From: the human T2T-CHM13v2.0 reference genome, Homo sapiens
Assembly (NCBI RefSeq): GCF_009914755.1
Contig: NC_060931.1
Direction: 5' to 3' (one strand)
DNA: 64,000 nt
Positions 1-15,104 of this stretch are shown here, in pieces; within the stretch, counting starts at the first letter, position 1, and each line of letters opens with the position of its first letter. The notes beneath the pieces were generated by a model that did no database searches, was not told where the DNA came from, and saw only the letters and a program-made list of their open reading frames with translations. Both the position numbers and the translations under genes were made by a program.

Positions 1-144
1 AGCGCTCAAAGTTCATAAGTCAGTCTAATAACCTAAAGAACTATGGACAGTAGAAAGAATACAGCGACATACAAGAGGGCTATTACATACTGGACATTAT
101 AATCTGTGCTTCAAGATATTGTTGCCAATTATTACAGCAAATTG

Positions 145-270
145 CTAAAGTGAGTATTATTATGACTTCTATTACCCACATGAAGAAACACAAGCTCACA
201 GAGACTAGGAAACAGGCTCAAAGTCACTCAGCTAGTAAGTGATAGGGAATTTAACTCCCATCTCTTTCTA
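145..270 (+). mobile_element. MIR SINE fragment
   Basis: Degenerate MIR core: attacccacatgaagaaacacaagctcacagaga...aaagtcactcagctagtaagtga. Confidence 0.6.
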
Positions 271-984
271 GTAACTTAGGTTTATTTTATATAATAGATG
301 GGAGGTATGCTTGTTAAAATAAGTCATTTCAAGATCATATCACAGGTTTGTAGGCCACTTCTTCTTTCCTTGACTATATTTGGTTCTCTTTCCAGTGTGA
401 TTTTTAACTGGATCCTCAGTACCCGAAATTCTTTACATTTCCACGTCACCACTGCTGCCCCTCCACACCACGCCACCACCACCTCTGATCAGTACACAAC
501 ATGCAAATGCACAGGGGATGATGTGGTGATCCGTCTGTGATGGGAACAATCATTCCTCATCCTTATTTTATACCTTTGGGCTCCCATAAGGTAATTACTG
601 TCAAACCAACTTTCACATAGGTCTGGAGAGAAATGAGTCCATTGTTTCTAAAGCTGTGTCCTTCCTTAGCTTTACATGCAAATTTCTAAATTGTACTAAA
701 TGTAAAATAAGATATTTTAGTTGAAGAGAATAGTCTCATGTGTTTATTTTCAGTAATTACTATAATTGTGAGAAATGTAGTCAGTCCGTTGAAAGGTCCC
801 TAGGATGATGTGACACTTTAAATAGACAGCTAAAATAATATATATTATAGTTGAACTGGGAATCTACAATATGGCTTTAGAAAAAGAAAACAATGAATTT
901 TTGTTTGTTATTGTGGACACGACACTGGCATGCTCTGGCGGGAACACCTACATTAGAAGCGAGGTATATTAGGGATTATTAGAC

Positions 985-1945
985 TCCGCCAAGCCCAGCA
1001 GAATACACATGTCCCCCCAGTGCACCTGAAACATTCTCTAAAATAGACTGTATGTGAGGTCACAAAACAAGTCTTCATAATTTTTAAAAGGTTGAAATCA
1101 ACTCACACAAAGTGTCTTTTCTGATCACAACAGAATGAATTTAGAAATCAATAACAGATGGAAAACTGGAAAATACACAAGAATATTTGGAAATTAAACA
1201 CCCTGATAAATTACCAAAGTATTAAGGAGGAAACCACAAGGGAAACACAAAAATACTTTGAGCTGAGTAAAAACAAAAATACCACACAACATAGCAGAAC
1301 TTAGGGAATGCAATAAAAAGAGTAATTGGAAGGAAAATTATAGCCGTAAACATTTATATTAAGAAAGAAGAAAGATCTTGAATCCACAAACTACACTCTG
1401 CCTTACGAAACTAGCAAAAGAAGAGCAAGCTAAACCCAAAGCAAGCAGAAGGAAGGAAACAATAAATAATAGAGCAGAACTAAATAACATAGAGAACAGA
1501 AAAACAGTGGAGAATATTACCGGATTAGTCCGTTCTCATGCTGCTATGAAGAAATACCTGATACTGGTTAATTTATAAAGAAAACGGGTTTAACAGACTC
1601 ACAGTTCCACATGGCTGGGAGGGACTCAGGAAACTTACAGTTATGGAGGAAGGCGCCCCTTCACAGAGCAGCAGGAGAGGGAATGAGAGTCGAGCAAAGG
1701 GGAAAGCCCCTTAGAAAACCATCAGCTCTCCTGAGAACTCATTGTCACAAGAACAGCATGGGGGAAACCAGCCCCAGGATTCAATTGTCTCCACCTGGTC
1801 CTGCCCTTGACCTGTGGGGATTATTACAATTCAAAGTGAGATCTGGGTGGGGAAACAGCCAAACCATTTCATTCACCAAAACCGAAAGTTGATTATTTGA
1901 CAAGATGGAAATCAAACAGAGTTGAAAACCCTTTCGTTGGACTAG
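985..1945 (+). mobile_element. Old L1 (L1M-type) ORF2 fragment, interrupted by a THE1 LTR
   Basis: A-rich L1 ORF2-like sequence (gcagaatacaca...tgatcacaacagaatgaatttagaaatcaataaca; peptide KEEQAKPKASRRKETINNRAELNNIENRKTVE). It resumes after the LTR at 1872 (accaaaaccgaaagttgattatttga). Confidence 0.8.
1521..1871 (-). mobile_element. THE1C/D-like MaLR solo LTR
   Basis: attagtccgttctcatgctgctatgaagaaatacc...gactcacagttccacatggctggg...tgggtggggaaacagccaaaccatttca; ~350 bp, typical THE1 reverse complement; TSD degenerate. Confidence 0.9.
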
Positions 1946-2209
1946 ACTTCATCAACTGTTCTGGGTGCATTTTTAATTTCACAAGAATTTCCTTCAACTT
2001 TGCATGAAACCAGAGTTCCTCATGTGTACTGTTTCTAATCAAGTGTATTTTCATGTTTAGAAAGCTATTTTCTAAGGAGCAATTTCCATAGTTCTTATAA
2101 ATCATGAAACTTGTATAGATGACCATTTTCTACTACTTTAATCAACTCTTTAATTTTTGGTTCAAGGGCACTATCATTAAGGAAGACCCCTTTGAAAATG
2201 AACATAGAT

Positions 2210-2646
<437 letters not shown>

Positions 2647-2902
2647 TCAGTCAGAGTTCAAACTTGAGAGTGAAACTCTCAATATTTGGAATATTATAGA
2701 GTAACAACCTTTTACAGGAATGGTGTGAGGTGCTATGGAAGTAAAGGTCTGTCGAGTGGGGTACAGCATCGCATGGTGGCCCTGGACTCACTGCAAGTCA
2801 GCAGGGCTGGAAATCGGGAAATAAAGACAGGGGTAAGGAAGAGTGAAGACAAACTTGCACCCTGTGTCAGCTCCACTGTGTCTCTCACCACTTCTGACCA
2901 AT

Positions 2903-3500
2903 TGTAACTGGGCAGTTTAACTGCAAAATGCATTTTAAACTTTTTACTTATTTCTCGTGCGTTTCAAGATATAACCTTGAAGCAAATTGCAGAAGCCTTT
3001 CCCTCTTTGTCTTAAAATGAACTCCACATCCCTCCCTTTCTCACCATCTATACTCCCTTCACATTCATCTACCTGTATGCTAGCATCTAATTATGTCCCT
3101 TTTTAGAAGCTCCTGGGGGTAATCTTGAGACAGATGAACCAAGTCTGGAGACCCACCTGCAAAGTTCCAGAGATGACTTCAAGGTGGCGAGTCAACAGCC
3201 TCACCATTGTTGAGATGACACCAGCCCGTGATCCAGGTAAACTGGGACCCAAGATAGCCACCAGAACAAGGTACACAGACGTTGTACTCAGCACAATTCT
3301 TGCAAGCTTTTCACATCAAGTTTTCCTTTTTTAAACCCCTGTCTTCCTCTCTGCCAAATTGAAGTGGTTGCTTTGGATGGGAACCCGGCCACTTGTTCTT
3401 TATTAGTTTGAGTGAATAAAGTCACTTTCTTTCTACCAGAACTCATTCTTGTTAACTGGATTCTGCAGGCGGTGAGCATCCGGACCTCCGTTCAGTTACA
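2903..3500 (+). mobile_element. ERV1-class solo LTR (family not assigned)
   Basis: Terminal inverted repeat TGTAACTG...CAGTTACA, AATAAA at 3415-3420, near-perfect 4-bp TSD caat/cgat. Confidence 0.8.
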
Positions 3501-6500
3501 CGATGAAAACCTCCAGAGCATAATGGCCCCTCCTTCATTCACCTCCCAGGTCTCATGGCTTCACTGTGGCCAGCTCTAGCTCGGAACCATATGTATATAG
3601 GGAAAGAGATTCTGAGAAACTCCCACATCACAAGTTGATTATAGCCCAATCCATCACAGCTACATTTCCTAATATTTCTGAGTTTGCATCTCATCTGCTC
3701 ATCTGGTAAAGAGTATGGTGACATGACTGCATCATAGCCTGGTTGTATCACCTGAGATGATGTAAAACTGTAAAATGCCAGGTGGTATATGTATTATTAT
3801 TCCAACCAGTCGGTCAGCTTTTATTTTAGAGAAGCAGAATCAGAGGTAATAGGGAAGAAGAAACAGTGTATGTATCAATGGATGTGTTCTAAGATAAGAT
3901 GACGACCTGACACAGACAGCCAGTTCTAGTTGGCAGGGGTAGGGGGTGGCATGAATACTTCTAGTTTGATGTTGTGAGATTTGTCTGGAAAGCACGGGTT
4001 GCCTGTGTGGAAGAGTTTTGCCTTCTTTCCACTTCTGCCATAGCCCTTCAGATGTGCTTCTCCTATATCCCATACGTGATGTACACATGTTTAGTTGGTT
4101 TGTATGAGCAGTGGCAGCGGAGGCCAGGTCTTGGCTTCCTGGCTGCCACTGGCCCTGGTTACCATGGACATAAGTATTTCCCTTTCATTCAGGGCAGGGG
4201 TTCATGGCCCCTCCTGCAAACAACAGTGTGCGTCCACGTGACTATTAAACTGTCAAATTCACAAGACCCACTCCAAAATAAACCCTTATGGTCTCCACAA
4301 GCCTATTTCTCCTCACTACTATCTGGGAAGCACAGACTTTAGGAAGGGCTTCATGTTTTATAAAAATGCCAGTGATTATCTGGAAAAAATGACACCCAAT
4401 TTTCCACCACATCCTAAGACCTACGGGTGTCTACCTAAAAGCTAATATGTTGTCATGTTCCTGCCATCTCAGATATGAAGCTGAAGATATTTCATATGTA
4501 TGTCCCAGAAATGAATGAAGAAGAAATATACAGTTGCTTGACTACATGACATGCAGCTCCCTGTTGCTTATTCTGAATGTGCCCTGCCTCTAGGAGGAGC
4601 TGTAGATCTGTGGTACTGGTAACACTAGGCCCACTAGCCTTATCATCATGCACAGCTTTTGTGTTTTCTTCCTCCCTCAGCTTCCACACAACAGCCCTGA
4701 TGTTTACCAGCAGGCGTCTCTTGTTTAGTCTCATTGTCTTTGGCAAGTTCAATCTCAACCAGATTGTTGTTCTTCTCAAGAGGACTGATCCCAGCAGGCT
4801 CCAGCCCTAAAGCGGACTGTTCGGGAGATCTGTGTTAACCTTGTGTTTCAGTCCTCAGTCTCATGGTACTGGGTCCTACCGTGAGCGGAAAATCCCTCTC
4901 TACATCAGAACAGCCTTCTGGCCATGCTACAGTCCTCGCTCAGAAACACGGTATGTGTCTCTGCTACCCGTCTGCTCACCTGCATCTCCTACATCCTATC
5001 CAGCATTCTCCCGTCCACACCACTGGGCACATCAGATTTAGCAAATGATCAGTTAATTTACACTCATTAAGCAGCAGTCTCTACGATGAATCTCTTCTAA
5101 GCTCAGGACATTTGACACACACTTTGCAAAAATCATTATGTGTCATTGTGGCGAGCTGGCAGGTTCCCAGTTATGCTGAACAATGAAAAAGGGATAAAGC
5201 TCTGCAAAAGATAGAGTGGGGAGAGAAAGAAATCTGCATCGCATTGTCAGGACTAAACATTCTTTAAAGAAACCTACAGTGAGGTAAGAATGGCATCTGT
5301 GCTACTCTAGTCCAAAACGTGTATTCCCTTCCCCCTAAAAGACAGACAAAGACACCAAGGTACTAAGCACATCAATATAAAATAGGAGAAGAACAAGACA
5401 GGACTGCAGTAACTTGGTCTTTAAAAGAATCTCTAATTAAAAAGATATAAAATCATATTTGCTCAGACTTTGAAGGTAAAGGCAGAGTGTCTTGTACCTT
5501 GATCTTTCCACTCAATTATTTTGAGTTACTAATTTGTAACCATCCTTTAAAACTTGTATTTAAAATTTAAATAATAAAATTTAAAAATTTAAATGATACA
5601 ATAACAGAGTGTCTTAATCAGATCTAGTAAATGAAATGCTTGGGAAATATGTGCACTAGATCAAGTTTCTGATAGTCTAAGCAAGAAATTCTTTTAATTT
5701 GTATTTTTAGTTGAGAATGTATTCATTCCCAGGGGTTTCAACCTGTTCCCATAGAAAGTAAAGACTGGAGAAGAGAGGCCTTTTGGATGCTGGAGGATCT
5801 TGGGGAGTCCTAGGGTCAGCATTTTGGGGGTGCCCCTCCCGTGACCAGAAATGGAGAAGAATTAAGAATGAGGAGTGAATTTGCCCTGGGACCAAGCTGA
5901 GCTTAGAATTTGGTTTTCTTTTAAAAAATTTGTATTACCCTATGTTTTAGAATTGTTCTCTAAATTCACTTTCTGATAAAAGAGACAGGTCTTGACTAAT
6001 TGAGGTATCTGATTAAACAAACATTTGGCTTGATTAAAAACTAAGCAAAGAAGAATTCAAGAAAGATAGATCAGAAATGACATAAGGAGAAACAACTACT
6101 CTATAAAGGTAGATTGGTCAAATATGTAAAAGAGGGTTGAGATGAAGGGATATTTATATCTTGAACACACACTGAGAAAATAATTTTTGAGCATTTATTA
6201 AAGACCAAATACTTTAGGCTTTGTTTTATTGGGGAAAGTAAACTGTTTGCTTGTTCAATGACTTTCTGGGAGAATTAGAAAATTTAATCACAAATGAACT
6301 GCTGCAAATCAAATGTAGTAAAAGCCATTGTGCAGTAATCAAGGACAGAACATAAATGGTTCCTTTCCTTGAACAAGGGGTGTATTCAAAAGAGGGACCC
6401 TGATTTCTAAAGATCAATGAAAAATAAAGAGTTTGAAGCTAGTGTTTCATTCTTTTGCAAAACAAGCTAAATTATATAAAAAGGTTTTATTCAAGACAGT

Positions 6501-6507
6501 AAATGTC

Positions 6508-6533
6508 CATTCATTCATTCATTCATTCATTCA
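6508..6533. repeat. (CATT)n microsatellite
   Basis: Six CATT units; typical of L2 3' ends. Confidence 0.9.
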
Positions 6534-8369
6534 ACCACTCTTCATGAAATTTTTCCTTGGATGAGAAAATTTAAATAAAGCAGAAAACATAGTCCTAGAC
6601 TTAATTTTATGATCTATTCAAGTAACTAACCAAAGTGTGTATGTCTTACCTAACAGGCACACCATATATAAATATGATGGATAAGCAGTGAGTGTGTAAA
6701 GACCTTGTGACTACTGAATGTTTTGTAAAAGGTAAGAATTTAACCATTTGCCACAGAAACACATATTTGATTTTACATTTGACTTTATAACTAAGCTGTT
6801 CATAACAGGAATGAGATCCTTTTCTTCTGTTCAGAACTTGAACTCTCAAATGAGGTTACCTTATGCATTGATCGTTTGTCTATGATTGGCAAGAGTTTTA
6901 CCAGACAGCAAGCAAGAAAGTAAACTGGTCAGCTCTGCAGGTGTAATTACTTGGATGGTTGTGTATTCACAATAACTTCTGTAAGTTTGTAGTGTCCCCA
7001 CCTTACAATTGAAAGTGCTGAGACTCAAAGTCAACCAACCAAATGTGAAGAATCCAAACCCTATAGGCTGTATAACACTCTAAGAGCAGAGCTCTTCCCA
7101 CTACAATGGACACACCGCAACAAGTACAAGTGTCATCGGTAGCAATGGCAGGATTTACAGTCCGTGTGAACTTTTTCAATCCCAAGACCTCAGGAGTAGA
7201 CCCCACCCATGGACAATCAAGATGCAGCAGCAAGTGAGCCAATCTGCACTGGGCTTTTTGCATCAGGGCCCTATAACACTATCACCTGAGACCAAATCTC
7301 TGATAAGAGCCATGAGAATGAAGATCTGGAAACTCACGAAGGTCACTAATGGCTTCCTAGTCTGATGATTCTGTTCAACTAAAGCCAGGAGGAGTCCTTT
7401 GACAAAATTCATTGTTGTTTGGCTTTGAGGTTCATAATGGCTATAAGTAGGACCCTATAATTAGGACTCAGACTGGTCAATGCCTTGAGTGGTGCCTAAG
7501 TGGCCTCTGTTTACCATGAGCTGATGAGTGGCAGAAGTGGGGGACAGCACCTCCCATATATACTGGTTGCCTTTGAGGGCACAAAGGCATTTGTCTTTCA
7601 CACCATCTGATGACCGCAGCACTGTTCCAAGGGCAGCCAGGAACCTGCCCTCAGTGGGCCATATTACAGGGGCAGCCCGAGAGAGCTGGTCCTTGAGTTT
7701 CTTCTGAGCTCTATGAAGTACCCTCACCTGGAGAAGAAAACAAGATGTGAACCCAGGTTTACACCTCATAACTCTTGCCGTCAGCATGCCCATGAGGCAG
7801 CAGCACAGAACATCGGCCGATGAATAGTTTCTTACCTCTCCTTCCTCCACTGCTGCCTCATGCCTGTATTTGAAGGCAAGGATGTTTTAGAATGAGACCC
7901 ATGGCTACAGCCAGCATGTAGCACAGATATGAATGCTCAGATGTTGCCGAAGTCAGGTGTAAATCAGGGCGGACATTCTGGCAGCAAAAAAGACTGCAGA
8001 AGCCTCCTGGGTGCAGGTTGGAACACTTCCAAAAGTGGAACTCTATGATCGGTTGACTGAGGTGGAAGATTAATTATAACATCAGTATGGAGAGTGCAGC
8101 TCCCAACGCTCTATACCTGCTGCTGGGTGCCTGGGAGTTGAGCAATGGAGTTGGATGTGCCTTAGCTCTCTCTGACTCTCACTGGTTAAAGGCATGAGAC
8201 AATGCAGTTAAGGCCCTCCTGCTTGAGATGAGAAAACTCATGAATTGTTTAAGTTCACTGGGAAATAACTTCTGTTCTTTGGTCCTGTTCTTTATCCTCC
8301 TTCCTCTACCTCAATAATTAAATAAAGGTTAGTTTTTATTATTGTGTCAAGCTCAGGACTTGGAAAGAT

Positions 8370-8516
8370 TGCTTTACAGGATCTCATTTAGCCTTCATAT
8401 TATCCCTGTGGTATAGACACTGCTATTCCCCTTTTGCAGATAACAAAACCAAGAGTCAGAAAGCTTAAGCAGCTTCCTCAAGGAAACTCAGCCAGTGCAT
8501 GACAGGGCCATGATTC
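8370..8516 (+). mobile_element. MIR SINE fragment
   Basis: atctcatttagccttcatattatccctgtgg...ttttgcagataacaaaaccaagagtcagaaagcttaagcagctt. Confidence 0.6.
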
Positions 8517-8715
8517 TGCCATGGATAACTGAGAATTTTCCATTGAACTGGAAATTGTCTGATGTTTGCTGAGTGCCTGGTGGTGTGTCCAGGGCTGTGC
8601 TAAATGAAGCTCAGTGTAGGAGCATCTTGTTACTGGCCAGAGGGGAGAAATGATCTAAGCTCATTTTCTAGGAGCTCAACTCTTGCAAAATATTCTGTGA
8701 AGATAAGAAAGTTTG

Positions 8716-9354
8716 GGTTGTCTACACATAAGATCATGTCATCCACAAACAGAGATAATTTTATCTTTTTCTCATTTAGATGCCTTTAGTTTCTTTCTCT
8801 TGCCTAATTGCCCTGGCAAGGACTTCCACTACTATGCTGAATAGAAGCAGTGAGTGTGGGCGTCCTTGTCTTGTTCCTGATCTTAAAGGAAAAGCGTTTA
8901 ACTTTTCACCATTATAGTTAGTGCCAATAATACACGATGGGAAAATAACAGTCTCTTCCAAAAATGGTGCTGGGAAAACTGGATATCCATACAAGAGAAC
9001 TGAACTCTTACCTTATGCTGTACATAAAAAACAACTCAAAATATATTAAAGACTTAAACATAACACCTGACATTGTAAAACTCCCAAAAGAAGGCATGGG
9101 GGAAATGCTTCATGACATTGGCCCAGGCAATGACTTCTTGGATATGACACCAAAAGCACAAGAAACAAAAGCAAAAATCTTGAAAAGGCATTTCTTCAAA
9201 GAAAACATACAAATGGCCAACAGGCACATAAAAAGATGTTCAACATCATTAACCATCAGGGAAATGAAATCAAAACCACAAAGAGGTATCACCTCACACC
9301 TATTAGGATTGCTATTATATATCTATATGTATGTAGGTGTGTGTGTTGTGTGTA

Positions 9355-9410
<56 letters not shown>

Positions 9411-10075
9411 GGAAAACAAATGTTGACAAGGATGTGTAGAAATCAGAATCCTTGTACATTATTGGGGGGGAATGCAAAATGGTGTAGCCACTTTGGAATA
9501 GAGTATGAGGCTTCCTGAAAACACTAAAAATAGAACCACCATATAATCCAACAATCTCATTTCCAGGTACGTATCCAAAATAATTAAAATCAGGACCTCA
9601 AAGAACTATCTGCACTTCCATGTTCATTGCAGCATTATTCATAATAGCCCAAATGTGGAAACCATCTAAATGCTCATTGACAGATGAATGGATAAAGAAA
9701 ATGTGGCACATATATACCATCAAATATTATTTAGCCTTAATACAGCAGAAAATCCTGCCATATGCAAAAACATGACTGAACCTACAGGATGTTATGGTAA
9801 GTGAAATGAACCAATCACAGAAGGATAAACCCTACATGGTTCCACTTCCTAAAGCAGGCAGACTTGTACAGAGAGTAGAGAGGTGCTTGCCAGGGGCTTG
9901 GGATAAGGGGAAATGGGAGGCGTTCCATGGGTACAAAGTTTCAGTTGTGCAAAATGAAATAAGTTCTAGATATTTGCTGTATCCTACTGTGCTTTCAGTT
10001 AACAAGACTTAAACATTTATGGAGAGAGTAGATCTCATGTTAAGTGTTCTTATCACAAAAAAAAGAAAGAAAGAA
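8716..10075 (+). mobile_element. L1MA-type LINE-1, 5'-truncated with inverted 5' segment (8716 to ~8918 on minus strand)
   Basis: The minus-strand part encodes [45 protein letters not shown] (L1 RT). The plus-strand part is ORF2 C-terminus, 3'UTR and A-rich tail. TSD aagaaagtttg at 8705-8715 and 10076-10086. Confidence 0.9.
9317..9410. repeat. Compound (TG)n(TA)n microsatellite inside the L1
   Basis: Interrupted TG run followed by about 17 TA units. Confidence 0.95.
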
Positions 10076-10143
10076 AAGAAAGTTTGTAGCTATGTTTAGT
10101 TATGTTTTTTTCCCTGTTTTATTTAGTACCTACTGAGGGATTC

Positions 10144-10462
<319 letters not shown>

Positions 10463-11149
10463 TGATGCATTCCTTGCTACTAAACAGCATCCTAGATTTC
10501 CTTATTCCTCCACTGTTGATAATGTAATAGTTGATCTAAATACAGTAGATATCTGATCTCTCTTTCACAGAAAGTCACTGGGGTGTGTGATGGGAATTGT
10601 AAAGTAAGTATTGGTGATGGTTTCACCATAACAGGTGATATGATATCCACTGTCCACGTCATCCAAAACCTAAGTTTGTTTGGCTTCAGAGTTGCAGGAC
10701 ATTCCAATTATTCCACCTTTCTCAGCTTCCTACCCTTCGTGATCCACTCCAGCCAACATGCAAGGAGAATCTGGGGGAGTAAAGGAGGGCAAATTGGAAA
10801 ATGTCGCTTGTGTTACCCAGTCTCTGCCCATTTTGGCCTTAATAAAATTTTGATCAAAATTTAAAAATTAGGAATATGTGTGTTTCACCATTTATCTGTG
10901 AAGGAAAGAATCCTGCCTTATGCCTAAAAATATTTTAATAATGTGGTAACATTACCACTAATAATAGAACCTGCCTACGCACCAACACAATTCCAATCTA
11001 AGAGTTAGTCATATCCTCCCATCAAGACACTGTGTGCAGATTTTCTTCAGTCATATTCAGATGGGATTTCAGGTTCCAGTCTGAAGACAAAGAGATTATA
11101 GATCAGAAGAGACATCTAATTTCAACTAAATCATGCTTGCAAACAAAGC

Positions 11150-11150
<1 letters not shown>

Positions 11151-11204
<54 letters not shown>
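11151..11204. repeat. (AC)27 microsatellite
   Basis: Perfect AC dinucleotide run. Confidence 0.97.
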
Positions 11205-11206
<2 letters not shown>

Positions 11207-11354
11207 AACCCTGCCTGTTTTCATTTTTATTATCCCATCTGGCACTACCCAGATAAGAAAATAACTAAAATAAATATTTTCCATTAACCATTTGCATAAA
11301 TCATGATTTACTCTCACAGGTATCTCAACAGTACCCACACCGGTGATAGGACTG

Positions 11355-11510
11355 ATAATGTTGATTGACTGTTTACTATCTGCCATGCACTTCTAGAAGA
11401 GCTTGACTTGGGTTTTCTCATTTGTTTCTCAAAACATTCTTATGAGACAGACACCATTATTATCCCCACATTACAGATGAGGATACCAAGGCACCACAGA
11501 GCTAAGTGGT
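11355..11510 (+). mobile_element. MIR SINE fragment
   Basis: attattatccccacattacagatgaggataccaaggcaccacagagctaagtgg matches the MIR core. Confidence 0.75.
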
Positions 11511-13233
11511 CGAGCCGGGAGTGGGCACCACCCAATCCAGCTTGTGCTACTGAACACGTGCTCTCTGATCACTGGAATCCTGGCAGTTTGATGGGAGAGA
11601 CCTACTTCAAAAAATGCACAGTGCCATCAATGATGGAGCTGACAATAATCACAAATAACAACAACTGAATGTGTCTGTCCTTTCAATCAAGCACAGCCCA
11701 TGGTACTTGTCAAAGCCCTTCTTTCTGTACCCATTTGAAAGGATGCATTTTTAGGCTTGAGCTCGAAGTCCCCATTCAGAATGAACAGAACCTCCCTATG
11801 TCCCACAGACATAGCAGATACATTCAGGTCTTTCTCTTTGGTTTGTCCTGCCTCACATGCACCCTCCTCTCCATCCCCCATCCTTTCCTAACTATCCTTT
11901 ATCCTAAAACTGCTCATTCTAAGCCTTCAGCCCACATTAACCTCTTGCTTTCTCTTGTATTTTCTCTTCTATCCAGACACTGATCCCCAGACCCTGGAAG
12001 GTTTTCTGACTTTGAATAAAATAACAACTTCTAGATCTTGTCCTGGGCCATGGTCTGTCTGCTCTGTGACCTCCAGATGATGGAGAACTCCCGACCCATT
12101 TCCTCTTGGTGGGATGAGGTTTGCAAACTTCCTAGGAAATCACTACACATCAGTTGGGGCTGGCTGTTCCTGTGGAAAACCCACTCAACATTGCCAAAGC
12201 CTCCATCCCCTTTCTCGCTCATCCCATAAAGAATGGAAGTTTGTGGTCTCCCTTCTGCTCTACTGTTTGTACCTTATGATAAGGGGTCTGATGTGTCTGT
12301 GTGTTTCTCTCTGATTTCTGTCCTTCTTGTCTATTTTAAAACTCTGGCTGTTATTGTGTATTCACCGCGAGGTAAGTACCAGATTCCAGGGGAAATCAAG
12401 ATTCTTCCCTGACTACCCAAGCAGAGTGATGCTTCTTTTTGATTCAGTCATAGTGTTTTCTGTTTCGTGTAACACAACTCCTTAGTAAAGGGTAAGCACC
12501 ATGTTTCCTACCTAGTACAAGACTGATCAGAGGGTAGGCACTAATAGCACAAACACAATTTTTAGTTGGATGGAATTGAACAAACTCATTGCATTGAATG
12601 TTTCTGCATTTAACATCATTTGGAGAACACCAGGATGCAAATCTGGCCCATTTTCTCGCACAAAACTCCCCACCCATTGGTAGCCTGAAAGCCACAGTTG
12701 ACAAATGTTAGGAAGCACCAGCAAAAACCAGTTTCCACCCCTCTTACCTTGACTTGTGTGACTGCCCACACTTCTATCCAGAGCCAAATGAAAGCTTCCA
12801 GTCAATGAAAAAATCTAGCAACCAATATTTAGGTAAGGTACTAAGAGCTATTTTGCATTCTGTTGCTCCCCCACCCTGCACCCCAATTAGGGTTCCCTGC
12901 ATGGGCCCCGCAGGTATCTGAGGCTACTGCCTTGAAGCCCCCGCCCCACCCACTAAAGACACTGAGTACTGGAGGGTCCCCTCTCCTTGTTCTACAATCA
13001 TAACACGCCCACACAGGGGCCTGCTTCTTCAGGGGTTTAGTGCCCTCCACTGGGGGACAAAGGGTAATCAATGGACTATTATGCAACTCACAAAATTCTT
13101 ACTGTCTTTCCCCTTCTCAGGGAGAATTATGTCCTACCAGAGGAAAAAAAAAATGCACACATCATCAATAAAATCTTTGTGAGCAGCTTTTTAAAAAACT
13201 ATTATTATTTTTAAAGATTAGAAAATTAACAGC

Positions 13234-13546
<313 letters not shown>

Positions 13547-13774
13547 AGAAAAGTAACAGCATACTAGAGTATAATTTTCATATGCTCCTCATTAAAATTT
13601 TGAAAATTGTTAGTTTTCATATTTACTCCATATCTATTTTAAAAATTATTTCAATTGCATACAGGTACCAAAACATCATGCCTCGAAATCATTCAGGATG
13701 CATCTTTTTAAAAAATCTCAGTAAGCAACGCTAAAGAAGAGAGACCACAAGCTCTAGACGTTTTCCTGTATAAT

Positions 13775-13880
13775 TAAGAAGAATCTGTTCAACAAACCCC
13801 CATGACATAAGCTTATCTATATAACAAACCTGCACATGTGCCCCTGAACCTAAAATAAAAGCTTTTTTAAAAAAGAAAAA
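13775..13880 (+). mobile_element. Short primate L1 (old L1PA-type) 3' end
   Basis: aacaaacccccatgacataagcttatctatataacaaacctgcacatgtgcccctgaacctaaaataaaag followed by an A-rich tail. Confidence 0.85.
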
Positions 13881-15104
13881 GAACATTTTCACACTTAAAA
13901 ACTGAATACAATTTTCTAATCTCATGTAATAACTTCCCCAATTACTCTAAAATGACTGGTATAGCTGGTTTGTATAGGTAAGGATTTAGCCAAGGCCCAG
14001 GAATTGCCCTTGGTTGGTGGTAACGTATATTTCAACTTAGAACGTGTCTGCCCCAGTGGCTCCCCAGCCCACCGCACATTGCTGGCTTGCTGGAAGGAAT
14101 GGGCGAGTTGTTGCCTCCACGTTTCCACCTTCTGGATTTGTCTGGCTGTTTCCTCCTGGTGTGCATTAGCTGGACGCTCTGCAGCCTGTATTAGTTACGC
14201 ACTGAAAGTTAGACCTAAGAGCTTGATTAAGTTCAGCTCACACATTTCTGGCATTACCTCACAGGTGATGCTAAGCACCGCATGGGGCATGGAAGGATAT
14301 CTGCTTGTCCCAGTGTTAGGGATGCAGGAATTGATAAGGCGGAGAGCATCGGTGTTCTCCAGGATAAAGTCACATTTCTCCCCTTGCAACCAGCAGATGA
14401 TCCCTGGAGTGATACTTTAGCACCATGTAAATTCCCTGAGATGACTGTGTATCCATTCACGACATTTGCCTACATCAATTGGTTTACTAAAGATTTCTGC
14501 ATTTTACAAGCAAGGAAAGAAGGCTCAGAGATGACTGTTGGGCCACTTAGCAAATTGGTGGCTGAGAGGCTGGCCTGCCAGAGGTGGGATACTTGCTCAC
14601 CTCTTGGCCAGTCCCTAACCCACAGAAGTCTCATGATGAGAGAACCCTCAGCACCCTGAGAGAGTTAATGCATCATCCTTTGGCCCCATGAATCTGCCCA
14701 GAAGCCAGCTGAGAAAAGAAGGTAGAGAACAGGGCTGAGGGACAAGGTGCCCCTTTATATATTTGGGTGAACACATTTTTAAATTTTCCTTTCATTGTCC
14801 AGTCCCCATGAATTATTTATTTGTTATTAAATTCAACTGAATGAGATTTCAAAGCAACGAAAATTGAAGTTCAAATGAAACCAAATTACCACTCTGAGCT
14901 CCAGGTGGCCCTGACAGCCCAGTTTTGTGAAGGGCCCCTGAGGCTGTTCACTGAGTCTGAGATGTCACCAGGCATGGAGGGTCTCTGATCAGCATCCAGA
15001 GCTCCAGAGTAGGGAGCAACCCCTCACCACCACTTCTGGGCCCCAGGCAAGGCAGAGACCAAAAGAACCCTGGTAAGGTTCCCCAACCTCCATGTTCATT
15101 TAAA

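Noticed and set aside
8964-9518. 184-aa ORF with L1 ORF2 similarity
   Set aside because: Decayed L1 fragment that shifts frame and reads through a microsatellite.
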